Positions 14,987-25,929 of a stretch of 64,000 nucleotides of DNA are shown here, piece after piece; within the stretch, counting starts at the first letter, position 1, and each line of letters opens with the position of its first letter. A program made the position numbers and the translations under genes. This DNA comes from an uncultured Acidobacteriota bacterium (GTDB taxonomy: Bacteria; Acidobacteriota; Thermoanaerobaculia; Multivoradales; UBA5704), in contig CAVYRF010000002.1 in the NCBI GenBank assembly GCA_963770895.1, forward strand, positions 1,120,001-1,184,000, in the 5' to 3' direction. Under the pieces are notes generated by a model. It was given only the letters and a program-made list of their open reading frames with translations, was not told where the DNA came from and ran no database searches.

Positions 14987-15781
14987 TCAGGCGGTGAGGG
15001 GCTCTTCTTCACGCCAAATGGCGTGGCCGCTGGCGTAGTGCTCGCGCTTCCAGATGGGGACTTCGGCTTTCAGGCGCTCCAGGGCCTGACGGCTGGCTTC
15101 GTAGGCGGCGTCGCGATGGGGGGCGGCGGCGGCGATGGCGACGCTGGCTTCGCCGGCGGCTACGTCGCCCAGGCGGTGGACGATGGCGATGCGCACGCCT
15201 GGCGCCTGGGCCTCCAGCTCGGTTGCGATGCGATCCAGGGCTTGCAGGGCCATGGACCGGTAGGCGGTATAGGTGAGCTTCAGTACTGCCTGGGGGCTTG
15301 ACGGCAGCGCCGCCGGCACGGTGTCGCCGGGCCGCGGATCGACGTGGGATTGCTGTCGATGCTCTGCGCCTGGGGCCTTGCCGTGGTCGCGGACGGTGCC
15401 CAGAAACAGGAGCACGGCGCCCCGTTCCGGCGCCGCGACACGCGCCACGACGCCCTGCACGTCAATGGGGGTTTCTACCAGCTCGACGCGGGGCCGCGCG
15501 TGTACCGCCGGCAGGGCAGGGATCGGTCCGCCGTCGCTGCCGCCCGACACCGGCGGCAGCAGGGCGACCTCGGCGCCGTCGTACAGCGGCGGGTCGCCCT
15601 GCGCGATCGCGCCGTCCAGCGCCACGGCCAACCGGGGCCACAGCGGGGCGAGGCTGGGGTAGCGGACATCCAGCCAGCGGCGCAGGTCGACAAGTCCAGC
15701 GCCGTCGGCCAGCTCCACCGTCAGCTCGGCGGCGCCAAGGGCGTCGCTCGCGCTCGCAAAGGCCAGGACGCGGATTTTCAT
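14987..15781 (-). CDS. Fused molybdopterin synthase MoaD-MoaE (MoaX-like)
   Basis: MKIRVLAFA...EVALLPPVSGG (MoaD, with internal Gly-Gly), then GAVLLFLGTVRDH, HRLG, APHRDAAYEA, LKAEVPIWKRE (MoaE). Confidence 0.9.
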   Translation of the reverse strand: MKIRVLAFASASDALGAAELTVELADGAGLVDLRRWLDVRYPSLAPLWPRLAVALDGAIAQGDPPLYDGAEVALLPPVSGGSDGGPIPALPAVHARPRVELVETPIDVQGVVARVAAPERGAVLLFLGTVRDHGKAPGAEHRQQSHVDPRPGDTVPAALPSSPQAVLKLTYTAYRSMALQALDRIATELEAQAPGVRIAIVHRLGDVAAGEASVAIAAAAPHRDAAYEASRQALERLKAEVPIWKREHYASGHAIWREEEPLTA

Positions 15782-15984
15782 GCTGCGATCGTAGTGCAGG
15801 CGCGGCGGAAGCGACATCCCGCCCTGAGCGCGCTCAATACCCACGCGCGCCGCGGCTCCACGAGATCCCCGGGACGCCAGCGGCAGCAACAACCACTGAT
15901 GGCGTGATCACCCCCTCCTGCCCCAAAGAGTGGCGCCCGCTGGCGGCGGCGCCGCCAGCGCGTTCCGGGACCGGCCGGGGAGGG

Positions 15985-16230
15985 TCAGAGCTTGGCGTTG
16001 TGCACCGGCTCGGGCTGATTGTGCTGGTTGGCGCGGACGTTTTCGACCCAGCGGTCGAATTCGGTCTGCGCCTGCTCTTTGTGGTAGCCGTAGCGCTCCT
16101 GCAGGGAGCCGACCAGCTTGTCGCGATTGCCGGCGGCCCGCTCCAGGTCGTCGTCGGTCAGCTTGCCCCACAGCCGCTTGGCTTCGCCCTTGAGCTGCTT
16201 CCATTGTCCTTCGATGATGTGGTCGGTCAT
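15985..16230 (-). CDS. CsbD family stress protein
   Basis: MTDHIIEGQWKQLKGEAKRLWGKLTDDDL...LVGSLQERYG; AGAAAGGA RBS. Confidence 0.9.
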   Translation of the reverse strand: MTDHIIEGQWKQLKGEAKRLWGKLTDDDLERAAGNRDKLVGSLQERYGYHKEQAQTEFDRWVENVRANQHNQPEPVHNAKL

Positions 16231-16342
16231 GGCTGGTCGTCCTTTCTTGATGGGTGACCGGGAAAGTTCGCGTCGCCCCTGCTGCAACCGTTCATTTCCA
16301 GCCACTGCAAGCGTCAAGCCAGGGATTGCGGGCCCGCACCCA

Positions 16343-16348
16343 TATAAT
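16343..16348 (+). promoter_or_regulatory. Possible sigma70 -10 box for the carboxylase/atuA operon
   Basis: Perfect TATAAT in very GC-rich DNA, 23 bp before the start codon and upstream of an AGGAGG RBS; no properly spaced -35 seen. Confidence 0.4.
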
Positions 16349-16371
16349 GCGCGGGCACAGGAGGGACGGGG

Positions 16372-18032
<1,661 letters not shown>

Positions 18033-18036
<4 letters not shown>

Positions 18037-18198
18037 TGTCCCGTGCGGTTCATTCACCTGCTATTCGCTTGCCCTCCACGCCCCTGGCATCGTTGCGCCT
18101 CCTGCGACATAGTTTCGACTATGCCTCGTCGGCGACGCCTTGCCAGGCGCGCGGATTGCGGCGCGACTAGCAAGCGAATGAACCGCACGGGACACTTG
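18033..18198. mobile_element. MITE-like element, copy 2
   Basis: Terminal inverted repeat ctagtgtcccgtgcggttcattc / gaatgaaccgcacgggacacttg (21 bp perfect); core gttgcgcctcct..cgacatag.ttcgactatgcct..cgtcggcg shared with copy 1. Confidence 0.75.
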
Positions 18199-18224
18199 TC
18201 GACCGCGGTCGCCCCGGGGGTCAG

Positions 18225-19592
18225 ATGAAAACCGTTCGCATCGGCAACGGCCAGGGATTTTGGGGCGACAACCTCGACGCTCCGGTCGAGCTTTTACGCG
18301 GCGGACCGATCGACTACATCGGCATGGACTACCTGGCCGAGGTCACGCTGTCGATCATGATGCGCCAAAAGCTGAAGAACCCCCAGATGGGGTACGCCAC
18401 CGACTTCATCGATTTCATCCGCCGCGTGCTGCCCGAAGTGCAGCGGCGCGGCGTCCGCATCCTGACCAACGCCGGCGGCCTCAACCCGCGCGCCTGCCGG
18501 CAGCGGATCTTCGCGGTGGCGCGCGAGCTGGGGCTCTCCGGCCTCCGCGTCGGCGTGGTCGAAGGCGACGACGTGCTGCCGCGCCTGCCGGCCCTGATCG
18601 CCGCCGGCCACCCGCTGCTCAACATGGACACAGGCGAACCGCTGGCGCCGCACGTAGACAAGTTGATGAGCGCCAACGCCTACCTGGGGGCGCGGCCGGT
18701 CTGCGCCGCGCTGGCCCAGGGTGCCCAGATCGTACTGTGCGGCCGCATCACCGACACCGCGCTGGCCCTGGCGCCGCTGATCCACGAATTCGGCTGGGGC
18801 GAAGAGGACTGGGACCGCCTGGCCGCCGGCACCATCGCCGGCCACGTCCTGGAGTGCGGCGCCCAGTGCACGGGCGGCAACTACAGCCGCTTCTGGGAGG
18901 TGCCCGACCTGTGGAACGCCGGCTATCCGATCGTCGAGGGGCACCAGGACGGCACCTTCGTGATCACCAAGCATGAGGGTACCGGCGGCATGGTGACCGA
19001 AGACACGGTGGCCGAGCAGCTGCTCTACGAGATGAGCAAGCCCACCGGCTACATCACCCCCGACTGCGTGGCCGACTTCACCACCATTCAGCTGCGCCAG
19101 GAGGGCCGCGACCGGGTGGCGGTTTCGGGCATCCGCGGCGGCCCCAAGACGTCGACGTTCAAGATCTCGGCATCGTACCTGGCCGGCTACAAGACCAGCG
19201 GCCAGGTGACCATCTCGGGGCCGCGCGCCATCGAAAAGGCGCAGCTGGCCGCCGACATCGTCTGGCGCCGCCTGGAGCGGGCAGGGATCACCTTCCCGCC
19301 CGAAAACCGCTCGGTCGAGCTGGTCGGCACCGGCGTCTGCCTGCCGGGCATCCTGCCGCCGGTCGACGACCCGCCCGAAGTGGTGCTGCGCCTGGGCGTG
19401 CGCGATGCCGACGCGGCGCGCGTGGCGCGCTTCGGCGCCGAGCTGGCGCCGCTCATCACCGCCGGCCCGCCGGGAGTCACCGGCTTTGCCGGCGGGCGGC
19501 CCAAGCCGCAGGAAGTGATGGCCTACTGGCCGGCGCTGCTGGCGCGGCAGGAGGTCGAAAGCCACATCGACGTCACGGTGGAGGAAGCATGA
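18225..19592 (+). CDS. Acyclic terpene utilization AtuA family protein (DUF1446)
   Basis: VRIGNGQGFWGD, DYLAEVTLS, NAGGLNP, SANAYLGA, GHVLECGAQCTGGN, EQLLYE..YITPD. Confidence 0.9.
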   Translation: MKTVRIGNGQGFWGDNLDAPVELLRGGPIDYIGMDYLAEVTLSIMMRQKLKNPQMGYATDFIDFIRRVLPEVQRRGVRILTNAGGLNPRACRQRIFAVARELGLSGLRVGVVEGDDVLPRLPALIAAGHPLLNMDTGEPLAPHVDKLMSANAYLGARPVCAALAQGAQIVLCGRITDTALALAPLIHEFGWGEEDWDRLAAGTIAGHVLECGAQCTGGNYSRFWEVPDLWNAGYPIVEGHQDGTFVITKHEGTGGMVTEDTVAEQLLYEMSKPTGYITPDCVADFTTIQLRQEGRDRVAVSGIRGGPKTSTFKISASYLAGYKTSGQVTISGPRAIEKAQLAADIVWRRLERAGITFPPENRSVELVGTGVCLPGILPPVDDPPEVVLRLGVRDADAARVARFGAELAPLITAGPPGVTGFAGGRPKPQEVMAYWPALLARQEVESHIDVTVEEA

Positions 19593-20032
19593 CGACCCGC
19601 GCGGCCGCCGTCGCGGCCGGCGCGCCGGCGCACCCGCTGCTGCCCTGGTACACAGGACTGCTGGCCGGCATCGTGCCGGAGCTGCTGCTGGGGTTCCTGT
19701 ACAGCGCCCTGGCCGACCGCCTGGTCTTCGTGGGCTGGGCGCTGGCGCTCGCCGCCTTCCACACCACTGCCCTGCGCCAGGGCCTGCAGGCGGGCTGGCC
19801 GGCGGCGCGCCTGGTCGGCGTCCTGGCCCTGCTGATGGCGGCGGGGGCCTTCGCCTTTGCGCGCCTCGAAGCCGCTCACCAGATGGTGCTGGACCTGGGC
19901 TTTCGCGCCGTCCTGCCGGCGCTCTACACTCCCATCGCCACCAGCCCGCGCGGCGCCGACGTCACCGCCGCCGCCCTTGCCGCCGCCGGCCTGGCGGCGC
20001 TCGCCGCCGGCAGACAACGGAGGAGCCTATGA
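19589..20032 (+). CDS. Hypothetical membrane protein
   Basis: About 4 hydrophobic segments; ATGA overlaps with both neighbours. Confidence 0.65.
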   Translation: MTTRAAAVAAGAPAHPLLPWYTGLLAGIVPELLLGFLYSALADRLVFVGWALALAAFHTTALRQGLQAGWPAARLVGVLALLMAAGAFAFARLEAAHQMVLDLGFRAVLPALYTPIATSPRGADVTAAALAAAGLAALAAGRQRRSL

Positions 20033-20391
20033 AGGTGCGGCTGGACCGAATCGCTCACGCCCGCTCGGGCGACAAGGGTGACGGCAGCAACGTCGGCTTG
20101 ATCGCCGACACCGCCGAGCTCTACCCGGTGCTCGTCCGCGAGGTCACCGCCGACCGGGTGAAGGCGCACTTCAACCAGATCTGCCGCGGCCCGGTCGAGC
20201 GCTTCGAAGTCCCCAACCTGCGCGCGCTCAACTTCCTGCTCCACGACTCGCTCGGCGGCGGCGGCACGGAAAGCCTGAAGACCGACGCCCAGGGCAAGAC
20301 CCACGCCCAGGGCCTGCTGGCGATGGAGATCGAGGTGCCCGACCACCTGCTGCCGCCCGGTGTCACGCAAGCCACGGGGAGCATCGGTTGA
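20029..20391 (+). CDS. AtuA C-terminal-like small protein
   Basis: IAHARSGDKGD..NVGLIA, VERFEVPNLRALNFLLHDSLGGGG..SLKTDAQGK. Confidence 0.85.
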   Translation: MKVRLDRIAHARSGDKGDGSNVGLIADTAELYPVLVREVTADRVKAHFNQICRGPVERFEVPNLRALNFLLHDSLGGGGTESLKTDAQGKTHAQGLLAMEIEVPDHLLPPGVTQATGSIG

Positions 20392-21194
20392 GCGCCGCAC
20401 AAGCCGCCGCGCCGTCCCGGCTGGAGACGCGGCGCGACGGCGACCTGCTGTGGGTCACGCTCGCCGATCCCGAGCGCGCCAACGCGATTTCGCCCGCCAT
20501 GATGGCCCAACTGACGGCGCTCTATCGCCGGCCGCTGCGGCAGGAAGGCATCCGCGCCGTGCTGCTCGCGGGGCAGGGCAGGAACTTCTCCGCCGGCGCC
20601 GACCTGGAGCACCTGCGGTCGCTCGCCACCGCCTCCGAAGACGACAACCGCCGCGACTCCGAAGCCATGCGCGACCTGTTCGCGGCGGTGCTCTACCAGG
20701 ACGCCCTCACCATCGCCCTGGTGCACGGCGCCTGCGTCGCCGGCGGCTGCGGCCTGGCCACCGCCCACGACTTCGTGGTCGCCGCCGACGACGCGCGCTT
20801 CCTGTACAGCGAAGTGCGGATCGGTTTCGTCGCCGCCCTGGTCGCCACCTTCCTGCCGCTGCGCCTGCGCGGCGCCGACATCCGCGAGCTGCTGCTGTTT
20901 CCGCGCTTCCTGGACGCCCGCCAGGCGCTCGCCATCGGCCTGGCCAACCGCGTCGTGCCGGCAGCCGACCTGACGGCGACCGGCCACAGCCTGGCCGCCG
21001 AAATGCTGGCAACCGGCAGCTCCGAATCGATCGCCCGCACCAAGCGCCTGCTGCTGGACACCTTGGGCCAGCCGCTGCCCCAAGCCATGGCCCACGCCGC
21101 CCAGGTCAACGCCGCCGCCCGCGCCACCGCCGACTGCCAGCGCGGCATCGCGACCTTCCTGGAAACCAAACAGCCGCCGCGCTGGCGGGAGTGA
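20388..21194 (+). CDS. Enoyl-CoA hydratase family protein (methylglutaconyl-CoA hydratase-like)
   Basis: FSAGADL, VHGACVAGGCGL, SEVRIGFV, GIATFLE. Confidence 0.88.
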   Translation: MSAAQAAAPSRLETRRDGDLLWVTLADPERANAISPAMMAQLTALYRRPLRQEGIRAVLLAGQGRNFSAGADLEHLRSLATASEDDNRRDSEAMRDLFAAVLYQDALTIALVHGACVAGGCGLATAHDFVVAADDARFLYSEVRIGFVAALVATFLPLRLRGADIRELLLFPRFLDARQALAIGLANRVVPAADLTATGHSLAAEMLATGSSESIARTKRLLLDTLGQPLPQAMAHAAQVNAAARATADCQRGIATFLETKQPPRWRE

Positions 21195-21901
21195 TCCCCT
21201 TGGCGGCGGATCCCGCGGTGCGCCTGCTGCTGTTCGACATCGACGGCACCCTGCTGCAATGCGGCCCACAGACGCGCGAGCTGTTCGAGGTCGCCCTGTG
21301 CGACACCTTTGGCACCGCCGGCGACATCGACGCCTACAGCTTCGCCGGCCGCACCGACCCGCAGATCGTCTACGACCTGATGACCGGCGCCGGCTTCCCG
21401 CGCGAAGAGGTCGCCGCCCGCATGCCGCGCATGTGCGACGCCTACCTGCCCCGCCTGGAAGCCGTGCTGGACCGCCGCCGCATGTGCCTGCTGCCCGGCG
21501 TCGTCGAGCTCCTGGAAAGCCTGGCGCCGCGCGCCGACGTCTCCCTGGCCCTGCTCACCGGCAACTGGGAAGCCGGCGCCCGCACCAAGCTGGCCCGCTT
21601 CGATCTCAACCGCTTCTTCCCCATCGGCGCCTACGGCAGCAACGCCGTGCATCGCTCCGACCTGCCCCCCATCGCCCTGGACCGCGCTCAGCGCCGCCTG
21701 GGCCGCACCATCCTCCCCACCCAGGCCCTGGTCATCGGCGACACCATCCACGACGTCGCCTGCGGCCGCGACCACGGCATCCCCGTCCTCGCCGTCGCCA
21801 CCGGCCAAACCCCCGCCGAAACCCTGGCCGCCGCCGGCGCCACCTGGGTCGTCCCCGACCTCACCGCCGCCGCCGCCCACTTCCAAGCCAGCAACCCCTG
21901 A
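21191..21901 (+). CDS. HAD family hydrolase
   Basis: GTG overlapping the upstream TGA; LLLFDIDGTLL, FAGRTD, LLTGN, VIGDTIHD, VATG. Confidence 0.88.
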   Translation: MIPLAADPAVRLLLFDIDGTLLQCGPQTRELFEVALCDTFGTAGDIDAYSFAGRTDPQIVYDLMTGAGFPREEVAARMPRMCDAYLPRLEAVLDRRRMCLLPGVVELLESLAPRADVSLALLTGNWEAGARTKLARFDLNRFFPIGAYGSNAVHRSDLPPIALDRAQRRLGRTILPTQALVIGDTIHDVACGRDHGIPVLAVATGQTPAETLAAAGATWVVPDLTAAAAHFQASNP

Positions 21902-21916
21902 CACCCGAGACAGACA

Positions 21917-22162
21917 GTGAGAACGACTCTCAACATCGACGATGAAGCTCTGGCGGACGCACTGCAGATGGCACCGGGCAAGACCAAGACCGAAGTCATC
22001 AACGAAGCGTTGCGCGACCACGCTCGCCGGCAGCGGCTGGCCCGGGAGTTGGTGAAGAACGGAGCAGCAAACTGGGGTGGCGGCAAGCCAGAGGGGTCAG
22101 CGGATCCGCCGAAGGTCCGGGGGAAGACCGCGTCCGAGATGGTGCTGGAGGACCGCCGCTGA
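21917..22162 (+). CDS. VapB-like (ribbon-helix-helix) antitoxin, orphan
   Basis: MRTTLNIDDEAL...KTKTEVINEALR is a VapB signature; no intact vapC follows. Confidence 0.75.
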   Translation: MRTTLNIDDEALADALQMAPGKTKTEVINEALRDHARRQRLARELVKNGAANWGGGKPEGSADPPKVRGKTASEMVLEDRR

Positions 22163-22210
22163 TCCTCTACCCTGTGGGGACACCGGCGACAGACGCAGTG
22201 GCATCGTCGA

Positions 22211-22801
22211 TCACCGGTTAGCTCCGTCCGCCGGCCCGAGAGCCCGGCGCAGCAGGTCGTCCAGGCCGAGCTCCGTCGCCCAGCGCTCGACGTAGGAGAG
22301 ATCGAGCTCGGCTCGCTTCACTTTCATAACACCCAGCAGGTCCAGCCATTGGCGGTCGGAGACCTCACCGCCGCTGCGAAACCAGAGGAGTTTCTGCAGG
22401 ATGATGTCTTCGGCGGTGGCCACCGGAAGACTGGCACCTGCAGAATCCGGAAGCGCGACAAATTGGCGGCGCTGCATCTCCAGGTTGGACAGGGGATCGT
22501 TCTTGAGGATGAACAGGTCCACCTTGGTCATCGTAGCCAGGTGGATGACGTTGAAGGAGGCGCGGCGCTCGACGGCGTCGGCTGCACGGTCCGCATCGAT
22601 GTAAAACTCTGGCGCCAGTGCGGCGACCAAGGGGGGAATGTGCTCAAAGCGAAGGTCCACGACCAGATCCGCATCTTGGGTCGAACGGGGGATGCCATGC
22701 AAGGAGCTCGCGAGAGAGCCGCCAAGCAGGTAGGGGACAGCAAGGTCGTCGAGAGCCCGCGTCACGGTCAGGATGACGGCAAGGGCGTCCGCCAGCTCCA
22801 T
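22211..22801 (-). CDS. Nucleotidyltransferase-like protein (probable toxin-antitoxin component)
   Basis: YLLGGSLASSLHGIPRSTQDADLV (GS..DxD NTase motif), KVDLF, ATAEDIILQKL.W, RQWLD. Confidence 0.75.
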   Translation of the reverse strand: MELADALAVILTVTRALDDLAVPYLLGGSLASSLHGIPRSTQDADLVVDLRFEHIPPLVAALAPEFYIDADRAADAVERRASFNVIHLATMTKVDLFILKNDPLSNLEMQRRQFVALPDSAGASLPVATAEDIILQKLLWFRSGGEVSDRQWLDLLGVMKVKRAELDLSYVERWATELGLDDLLRRALGPADGANR

Positions 22802-23064
22802 CAGTACCCTTCGATCTCCGGATCCCAGTCGAATACTTCGATAAGGGTTTCGCGCGGCAGCCAGAGGGCGGCCAAGCGGAGGCGCGCTTCGCGCTCGGAG
22901 AGATTCGGGCCATAGCGGGCGAGGATGCGGGCAAGGGCCAGCTGCTGCACGGCGCGGCCGAGGTCGAGCGCGCGGGTCAGGCGCTCGGCAGGGGACATCC
23001 GGCGATAACCCTCGACAAGGATGTCTTCAACCTCCGGGGGCGTATCCGTAAGAGTCGAAACCAT
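22801..23064 (-). CDS. Small hypothetical protein, partner of the NTase
   Basis: 87 aa, DTPPEVE...YRRMSPAERL..., stop overlaps the NTase start. Confidence 0.7.
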   Translation of the reverse strand: MVSTLTDTPPEVEDILVEGYRRMSPAERLTRALDLGRAVQQLALARILARYGPNLSEREARLRLAALWLPRETLIEVFDWDPEIEGY

Positions 23065-23284
23065 GACATGGGCATGATAACCCGCTCATCAGCGCCTTCG
23101 TGCGCAGGGTCTGCCCTTGCCGGGGGCCGGCGTTCAGCGTGCAGCTGGAGCGGCGCGCTCTGGCAAGGTAAGCGTCCTTCCACCCACCGATCCGGCCGCC
23201 CAGGTCGAGGCGTTCCCCAACGAATACCTTGCCGGCGATCAGCGCCGCCTTTCCGCCGCCGGCCCGGCACGGATCGAGGTCCAC

Positions 23285-24094
23285 CCGGAGCTGGAAGCGC
23301 AGGTGCGCGGCTCCCGCCATGCCTGGGACATCCGGCTGATCAGCGTCGAGTCCCTGCTGAACCTCGTTCGCATCAAGGAAAGCGCGGACAGCCAGGAAAC
23401 GGTGGCCAAGATCCGCCGCCTGCTGACTCCTCTCGAATACACCCGGCTCGACTATCTGGTCGACGTGGTCTTCACAACCGCGCAGGACGTCGAGACCGCG
23501 ATCAGCGCAGAAAGCGGGGAACCTCTCGCCCCCGAGAGCCGCACGGTGGAGGCGCCCACGAAGAGCACATGGGACTTCACTCCGAGCGCCGTTATCCAGG
23601 AAATACGGAATGGCATTGTGGCGGCGCTGGCGCAGCGGCTGAAGTGCAGCCTCATCAAGAAGTCCAGGGTGCTCTACTGGGATCCGTCGCAAGCTACCCG
23701 CGTGGCGTGTACGCTTTCCAAGCGCTACGAGAACTCAGGTCTGGTCAAATACTGGTACGCCTATCACCCGCCGTGGCATAGCTTTCTCACCGAGGCCAAA
23801 CACGGGTTCTTCGTGCTCGGCTGCACCGACCTGAACCTGGCGTTTTCCCTGCCGGTCGCAGTGATCAGCGACCATCTCAAGGACTTCCATGTCGGTGAGA
23901 CACGAGACGGAGAAAGGCAGTACCATCACATCAAGATCGTGGAGTCCGATGCCGGGAGATACGGTTTGCAACTCCCGCGCTCCGGTGATGCTCTCCCCCT
24001 GGATCCATACGTGCTGCGGCTAACCAGGATCTCTTCACCGCCCGGCCCCTCGGCAAGAACGCTTTCGGAAGCTCCCCCGCGCCGCAGATCTTGA
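23285..24094 (+). pseudogene. Probable 5'-truncated hypothetical (nuclease/defence-like) gene
   Basis: Protein-like sequence starts abruptly at ELEAQVRGSRHAWDIRLIS with no convincing start; aromatic-rich SKRYE..YWYAYHPPW..FL region; lower GC than the flanks. Confidence 0.45.
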
Positions 24095-24167
24095 ACCCCG
24101 CAAACACGTCCCCCCGGCGGCGGGGAAAACCCCGGGGCGACGATGATGTCGGGGGTGCGGCCAGACG

Positions 24168-24821
24168 TCAGCGGTCGGGCTGGCGCGGCTGGCCCAGGGG
24201 GACGCCGTGGCGGGCCAGGAGCCGGGTGAGGCGGTCGTGGATGCGCGGGCCCAGGAGGGTGCGGGCGGTGGCGCTGACGTCGTGCAGGACGTGCTGCAGG
24301 TCCTGGCGGCCGGTCCAGTGTTTGCGGGCGTAGGGCTCCAGGTCGCCGTGCAGGACCTGGGAGAGAACGGCGACGGCGACCACCAGATCGTCCAGGTAGC
24401 CGATGGGACCCAGCAGGGCTTCGGGCAGCAGGTCGAAGGGGCTGATGAAGTAGGCCAGGGCGCCGCCGATCAGCAGGCGCGAGCGGGCGGGCAGCTCCTT
24501 GTCCAGGGTCAGCCGGACCAGCAGGATGAAGACGTCGGGGACCAGCAGCAGGGCGATCACGACGTCTTCGGGGAGCTTGCCGGCCCGCCGCTCCACGGTG
24601 TCCAGCACCCGCTCGCGCAGGCGATCGTAGAAGTGCAGCAGATCGGGAGAGGGCAGGTGCTCGCCGCCGCTGGCGAGCGCCGCGTCGGCTTCGCGCTCGG
24701 CGGCGTCGGCGTCAAAGGCGGCCGGGTGCGGCGGCTCTCCTTCCACCCCCTGCAACAGGCGGGACGGGATCTCGCCGCCGGGCGTCCCGTCGGAGGGTGA
24801 TCCTGGGGTCTTGGCGTCCAT
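24168..24821 (-). CDS. YkvA / DUF1232 family membrane protein
   Basis: ALAYFISPFDLLPEALLGPIGYLDDLVV. Confidence 0.85.
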   Translation of the reverse strand: MDAKTPGSPSDGTPGGEIPSRLLQGVEGEPPHPAAFDADAAEREADAALASGGEHLPSPDLLHFYDRLRERVLDTVERRAGKLPEDVVIALLLVPDVFILLVRLTLDKELPARSRLLIGGALAYFISPFDLLPEALLGPIGYLDDLVVAVAVLSQVLHGDLEPYARKHWTGRQDLQHVLHDVSATARTLLGPRIHDRLTRLLARHGVPLGQPRQPDR

Positions 24822-24861
24822 CGTTCGAGGCCTGGCCGCTTCGCTGCCGGCAGCCCTCCTG

Positions 24862-25929
24862 CTAGAACAGATAGGCCAGGGCGAAGCCGACCTGCGCCGC
24901 CATCATCATCAAGTACATGTGCCGCCAGGACGGGTGGTTTTCCGTTTCGGCGAGCGAAGCGGGGTCGCGCACCAGCAGGTAGACGGTGTAGGCGCCCCAG
25001 GCGGTGAGCAGGGCGCCCAGCGTGGTGAGCAGGACGGGATTGCCCGTCAGGATGGCGTGGCTGGCGTCCCATGGGTCGCGCAGGCGCACGCCTAGCGGCA
25101 GCAGGAGCCACGGCAGCACGAAGAACGGGCTGATGATCCAGGCCGCCCGCCGCACGCCGTAGACGATGGGCAGGGTCTTGCAGCCGCCCGCCCGGTCGCC
25201 GGCGATGTCGGCAAAGTCCTTGGTGGAGGCGGCGCCGATCAGGAAGAGGCCGAAGATGCCGCCCAGGTACCAGGGCTCGGCGAAGCCGACGCGCGCCACC
25301 ATGGCCCAGCCGGCGACCTTGAGCAGCACGCCGCGCGGAATGGCGATGGTGAAGTTGGCGGCCATGCCGCGCACCTTGGTGCGGCCGAGCGCGGGGGCCG
25401 AATAGATGAAGGTGAAGAGCAGGCCGGCCAGGTAGATGAAAAATGTCTCGTGCAGGGCGACCGGCGCGCTCAGCTTGGCGCCCAGGGTGTCGAAGGGGTG
25501 CGGCACCACCAGCCAGGTGGGGACCAGCGCCAGGACGTAGAACAGCCAGCTGAAGCGCCAGGCCTGGCCGATGCTCAGGGCGCCGGTCACCAGCGGGCGG
25601 CCGGGCTTGTTCAGGCGGTCGATCTCCAGGTCGTAGATCTGGTTGATGGCGTTCGACGCCGCGTTCATCAGGCTGGCGCAGAGCGAGCCGAGCGCCACCG
25701 TCGCCACGACCGCCAGGGTGAGGCGGCGCGCCGGGTCGGGGTTGTGCACCGAGCCGAAGGCGCAGACCGACCCCGAGATGATGCCGAGCAGAGGCGGCAG
25801 CAGGGTGAAGGGCCGCGCCAGCGCGGCGTACAGCGGCAGCGTCCGCCCGCCCGCGGCCGTCGCCGCGCCAGCGGGCAGGGAGGCGCCCGCTCCGGCGCCG
25901 CGCGCGTTGTCTCCGGCTTCACGCATCAT
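24862..25929 (-). CDS. UbiA family prenyltransferase (DGGGPS/HPT/ChlG-like branch)
   Basis: RPFTL, NQIYDLEIDRLNKPGRPL..G (NxxxDxxxD), KDFADIAGD..GCKTLP; multiple TM segments. Confidence 0.9.
   Translation of the reverse strand: MMREAGDNARGAGAGASLPAGAATAAGGRTLPLYAALARPFTLLPPLLGIISGSVCAFGSVHNPDPARRLTLAVVATVALGSLCASLMNAASNAINQIYDLEIDRLNKPGRPLVTGALSIGQAWRFSWLFYVLALVPTWLVVPHPFDTLGAKLSAPVALHETFFIYLAGLLFTFIYSAPALGRTKVRGMAANFTIAIPRGVLLKVAGWAMVARVGFAEPWYLGGIFGLFLIGAASTKDFADIAGDRAGGCKTLPIVYGVRRAAWIISPFFVLPWLLLPLGVRLRDPWDASHAILTGNPVLLTTLGALLTAWGAYTVYLLVRDPASLAETENHPSWRHMYLMMMAAQVGFALAYLF

Noticed and set aside
23117-23284. N-terminal 56 codons of the 325-aa ORF as a real protein start
   Set aside because: No RBS and no protein-like character; more likely unrelated sequence joined to a truncated gene.
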